From: Pirellula sp. | GTDB lineage: Bacteria; Planctomycetota; Planctomycetia; Pirellulales; PNKZ01 | NCBI GenBank assembly: GCA_013822735.1 | Contig: PNKZ01000025.1 | Location: 15,407 to 79,406, forward strand | Direction: 5' to 3' | DNA: 64,000 bases | Shown here: piece after piece, positions 60,657 to 64,000 of the stretch | Layout of the letters: every line of letters starts with the position of its first letter | Position numbering within the stretch: position 1 is the stretch's first letter | Program-made: the position numbers and the translations under genes | The notes under the pieces: generated by a model | What the model saw: only the letters and a program-made list of their open reading frames with translations | Told to the model about the DNA's origin: nothing | The model's database searches: none

Positions 60657-63286
60657 GGCAACACCATCGTCGGCGGTCGAGGCTTTGTTTCGTTCGGCTT
60701 TGCTGTTTTGGGCTTGTCGACGATTGCCAGCAGCAACTTCTGAGCGTCACGAAAGCGAGGAGTTTCTTCTAAAGCCAGCAATGCCTGACGTTTTGCTTCG
60801 TCGTCGTCGTCGACGTGCAGCAACTGCGCCAATAGGAAATGTGCGCCGCTGCGATCGGAGGGTTCCAGCGCCAAGAGCGACCGTGCGGCGGCAACGGCCG
60901 ATTTCCGTTCGGCGGTCGTCGTTGATTTCGCCGCGGCGCGAAACTCTGCGAGGCTGCGGTAGGGCAACTCCTCAAGCGGCTGCACGGCGAGATACCGCTC
61001 GACGTTCGCCTCGACCAGCGCCCCGTCGTTTTCAGCGATCGCCAGCTCGATTAGGTTGCGATAGGTTTCCAAGGCATCTGCCGAGCGTTCCGCCGATTGT
61101 TCGAGCGTTTTCCTTTGACCGGCGAGGTCCTTCAATTCGTGCTGCGCGCGAGCCAGTAAGGTGTAGGGGCTTTCGTCACCCGCCCATTGCGGCACGTCGG
61201 CCACGAGCGCTGTCAGCACCTCGCGGGCCTGAGTCCATTGTTTCTCGCTTGCCAAGGCTTGGGCGTAGCGGAGCCGACCGAGATAGTGATTCGGACGATC
61301 CTTAAGCCAGGCGGCTACGGACGATGCCGGCTCGCGCGGCAGGGCCGGAAGCTCTTTGGGGTCGGTCCAGTCGACCTTCGGCCCGTACGCATCCGCCGTG
61401 GCTCGCGCATACGCGTCGAACGCCTTGTCGAGTCCTGCGAGCTCACCGACGCGAAGCGCGAGCGCTTCGTTAATCGGAATGCCGGCCGCCACGTCGCTCA
61501 ATATTCGACGCAAGGTTTCGTGCCCGTGCTTCTCGACGAGATACTGCACGACGAGCGACGCTTCGTAATACGCCAAATTGAAATGCGCCGCGGAGCGCGA
61601 TTTGCGAAAGGCGTCGTTGAGCATCGAGACGGGCGTCAGCTCGCCGGCGAGGATCATTCGCCGGAGATCGTGGTCGAGCCGGTCGCCCCAGGTCGGGTCG
61701 GCTTGACGTTCTTCATAAACGGAGATCCCTTCGCTGAGCCAGCGCGGGATGCGGTGATGCGTTTGTTCGAGCGTGACGACATGGCAGTACTCGTGCCAGA
61801 GCGTCGCTTCCCAGTTGTTCGTGCGTCCGGCGAGCGCCGCCGGACTGTTGGCCGTGATGACCATGCCGAAGCAGACGCCGAGGATGCCGTCGCCGCCGGG
61901 CAGGCCGAACGTGCGAATGGCGAAATCCTGCTGGCGTGTGAGAATCTCCACGGTGACCGGCTGCGGCGGGAGCCAGCCGTATTTTTTGCCGAGCGTTTTG
62001 CGGGCCCGCTCAAGTAGCGCGAGCACTCGCGGCCCGTAAACCGCCGCCTCGCGACGCTCCATGTGCAAGCGGAAGTGAGGGGTCTCGAGCAGTGTGTAGT
62101 TCTGCAACCGGTCTTTCAGCGACGCGAGATTGAAGGCGACCACGTCGTACGGATCGCTCGTTTGCACCTCGTTTACTAGCCGCCAACCTTCGGCTTCGTC
62201 GCCAAGACGCAGTAGATCCTGTGCAAGCTGCTTGCGAGCCGGGAGATACTGCGGGTCGATCTTTAGCGCCCGGCGTTGATACTTGGCTCCTTCCGCAAAA
62301 CGATACGCGCTCGAGAGCTTCTCACCGATGAGATGATCGACCTCGGGATTGTCGTCCCAAGTTTCCAGGGCGCGTTCACGGCAGAACCATTCGCCGAAGG
62401 AGTCGGCCTGCAGATGCGCGAGCACGGCCCGTAGGGCCCAGTGTCGCGCGTGGTGCGGATTCACCGCGGCGATCTTATCGAGCGCCGCCGAGGCGCCCGT
62501 GTAGTCTTCCTGCCCGAGAGCTTCTTCGGCGATGTACTGCAAAGCTCCCAAATGCCGCGGATTGTGCTCCAGCGTCAGCTTCAGGAGCGCGGCGCTTTCC
62601 TCTTCCTCGTCTTCCTCCAACGCTTGCGCAAGGCCGAAGAGCAAGTCGGGATCGTCCGGAAACACCTTCAGCGCCGCGCGGTAGTTTTCTGCAGCCACGC
62701 CAAGATCGTCCTTGGCCAACGCCAAAGCGCCGATGGCTAAGTAGGCCGTGCGCGAATTGGGGTCGTTCTTGAGAGCCGGATCGTAGAAGCCTTCGAGAAT
62801 TTCACGGGCGTCGCCTCCTAGTAAGGCCGCGGCCCGACCAACCCAAACATGATCGTCGGGCATGTTGAAACGAAAGGGGGAACCCTGTGCATATCGCAGA
62901 AGCTCCGCGAGCATCTCTTGGGCGCCCTTCGGGTCGCCGCTTTGTCGCAACACTTCATAGCCGGCAACCAACAACCCGGCATCGACATAGTGATGCCGCC
63001 GAGCCAGCCCCAAGGCTTTCACTCCGTCGTCGTAGCGGCCTAACGTAGCCAGGCAATCCAGCCGCAATCGCCACCAACGGGCTTCCGCGAAACGTTCGCG
63101 AACCGCTTCGTCCGTGGCTTTGAGCGCTTCGTCGTACTCGCCGGCCTGGTAGGCGGCGAACGCCGATTCGTAGTCGGCGCGGCTCGGCGAGCCTGCGCCG
63201 ATGGCAATAATGAAGAGCGAAAGCAGAAAGCACGCTTTCGGAAGGACGAAGAGCGGCGGGGATCGTTGCACCCCTGCAGACTTCAT
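60653..63286 (-). CDS. TPR-repeat protein with embedded HExxH gluzincin (peptidase-MA-like) domain
   Basis: ATG at 63286 (MKSAGVQRSPPLFVLPKACFLLSLFIIAIGAGSPSRA, signal peptide); the ORF track extends to 63361. TPR-like helices occur at both ends. Central LWHEYCHVVTLEQTHHRIPRWLSEGISVYEE. Confidence 0.75.
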   Translation of the reverse strand: MKSAGVQRSPPLFVLPKACFLLSLFIIAIGAGSPSRADYESAFAAYQAGEYDEALKATDEAVRERFAEARWWRLRLDCLATLGRYDDGVKALGLARRHHYVDAGLLVAGYEVLRQSGDPKGAQEMLAELLRYAQGSPFRFNMPDDHVWVGRAAALLGGDAREILEGFYDPALKNDPNSRTAYLAIGALALAKDDLGVAAENYRAALKVFPDDPDLLFGLAQALEEDEEEESAALLKLTLEHNPRHLGALQYIAEEALGQEDYTGASAALDKIAAVNPHHARHWALRAVLAHLQADSFGEWFCRERALETWDDNPEVDHLIGEKLSSAYRFAEGAKYQRRALKIDPQYLPARKQLAQDLLRLGDEAEGWRLVNEVQTSDPYDVVAFNLASLKDRLQNYTLLETPHFRLHMERREAAVYGPRVLALLERARKTLGKKYGWLPPQPVTVEILTRQQDFAIRTFGLPGGDGILGVCFGMVITANSPAALAGRTNNWEATLWHEYCHVVTLEQTHHRIPRWLSEGISVYEERQADPTWGDRLDHDLRRMILAGELTPVSMLNDAFRKSRSAAHFNLAYYEASLVVQYLVEKHGHETLRRILSDVAAGIPINEALALRVGELAGLDKAFDAYARATADAYGPKVDWTDPKELPALPREPASSVAAWLKDRPNHYLGRLRYAQALASEKQWTQAREVLTALVADVPQWAGDESPYTLLARAQHELKDLAGQRKTLEQSAERSADALETYRNLIELAIAENDGALVEANVERYLAVQPLEELPYRSLAEFRAAAKSTTTAERKSAVAAARSLLALEPSDRSGAHFLLAQLLHVDDDDEAKRQALLALEETPRFRDAQKLLLAIVDKPKTAKPNETKPRPPTMVLP

Positions 63287-63694
63287 CGTTCCGACTTCAT
63301 GCTTCGCCGCCGAATTCGGCGATTCGTTCGATCTCGTACGTGGTTCGCGACAAGCAAGCACTCAGGCACTCCACCCCAAACAAAACCCGCTGAGGAGATT
63401 CCTGAAAGGCGATTCTATCACCGAATTCCGATCGATGCGCCTTGCAAACTCGCACAAGCCCAGAAGCATGTAAGCCGTTCTTGCTGAGGATTTGCAGAGC
63501 GGAGCGACGGGCCGATGAGCGGAGCAAGTGCCGGCGATGCCGATTCCGTCGATGTACAATCTTCCTGCCGTTGTAAGGGCATTCGGGGCGCGCGCCGCCT
63601 GCGAAGACGGCAAGTAGCGACCGGCGCTCCGCTGTGGCATCATATTCACGCACCTTAACGCCCGCTTTTTCCGCTTCCTCGTAGGATTGCCGTC

Positions 63695-64000
63695 ATGTGT
63701 AACCGTTTGCCGGTCGCCGTATTGTTTTTCGCCGTGCTCGCGCACGCCGTCGGTTTCCGTGAACTAAACGCCGCGGAAAACCCACAACCGAACTTCATCG
63801 TCATTAATATCGACGATCTCGGCTATGCCGACATCGGGCCGTTTGGCGCGACGAAGCAAAAGACGCCGCATTTGGATCGCATGGCCGCCGAGGGGCGGAA
63901 GTTAATGAGTCATTATGCAGCGCCGGTTTGTTCGCCGTCGCGGGCCGCGCTCATGACCGGTTGTTATCCGAAGCGCGTGCTGCCGATTCCCGGTGTGCTG
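63695..64000 (+). CDS. Formylglycine-dependent sulfatase, N-terminal part (runs off the right edge)
   Basis: Own translation from the ATG at 63695: MCNRLPVAVLFFAVLAHAVG...PNFIVINIDDLGYADIGPFG...YAAPVCSPSRAALMTGCYP. It has a signal peptide and the C-x-P-x-R sulfatase signature. Confidence 0.85.
   Translation, partial: MCNRLPVAVLFFAVLAHAVGFRELNAAENPQPNFIVINIDDLGYADIGPFGATKQKTPHLDRMAAEGRKLMSHYAAPVCSPSRAALMTGCYPKRVLPIPGVL

Noticed and set aside
1-64000. tRNA, rRNA, tmRNA, RNase P and SRP RNA genes, and prophage, defence-island or toxin-antitoxin signatures.
   Set aside because: I scanned the intergenic regions by eye. None is long enough or shows T-loop/acceptor-like features. No phage structural, integrase, restriction-modification, Cas, Abi or TA-type proteins were recognised among the ORFs. 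A tRNAscan-SE/Infernal and DefenseFinder/PADLOC run would confirm this.

Overview
High-GC chromosomal segment (GC judged by eye, not computed). Gene content points to Planctomycetota, Pirellulales-like: three PSCyt/DUF1549-DUF1553 genes each partnered with a DUF1501 gene, a CxPxR sulfatase, a GFTLLE prepilin-like protein, a MoxR/DUF58/BatA operon, and many Tat/Sec signal peptides. I call 47 protein-coding genes, two of them cut by the window edges. I saw no rRNA, tRNA, CRISPR array, transposase or integrase. Many ORF-track entries are antisense or frame-shifted shadows of real genes, as expected at this GC. Several real genes start well downstream of the longest ORF; each re-called start was checked against the sequence. 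Most interesting observations: (1) Two paralogous modules place a PL10-like pectate-lyase-fold gene next to the enigmatic PSD1 + DUF1501 pair. One is headed by an ECF sigma factor fused to TM segments and a REGD/PRTG peptide-repeat tail that is conserved despite synonymous divergence. (2) An ~80-nt hairpin-capable pyrimidine/purine element sits in frame at the same site in two PSD1 paralogs and is absent from the third. (3) A shared ~40-nt C-rich leader abuts the ATG of two unrelated genes; one copy is a canonical (C4N3)3C4 i-motif/G-quadruplex sequence. (4) Short-word hairpin spacers (CTAG, GTAC, GGAGACT, CTTAAG, TGAATGC, TGCAAATTGAGAAT, CTAGCGCC words) fill most intergenic gaps. Alongside them are a 33-nt REP-like element at convergent gene ends, a ~200-bp structured direct repeat after two consecutive genes, and a 22-bp perfect inverted repeat. 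(5) An 8-gene translationally coupled MoxR/DUF58/BatA/VWA operon begins with a TPR-gluzincin and ends with a caspase/legumain-like protein that appears to lack the catalytic Cys. (6) A BigR/SqrR-type ArsR, YgaP-like rhodanese and CoADR-rhodanese operon has a textbook promoter with a perfect 14-bp operator in its spacer. All functional calls rest on motif recognition by eye; no database search was run.
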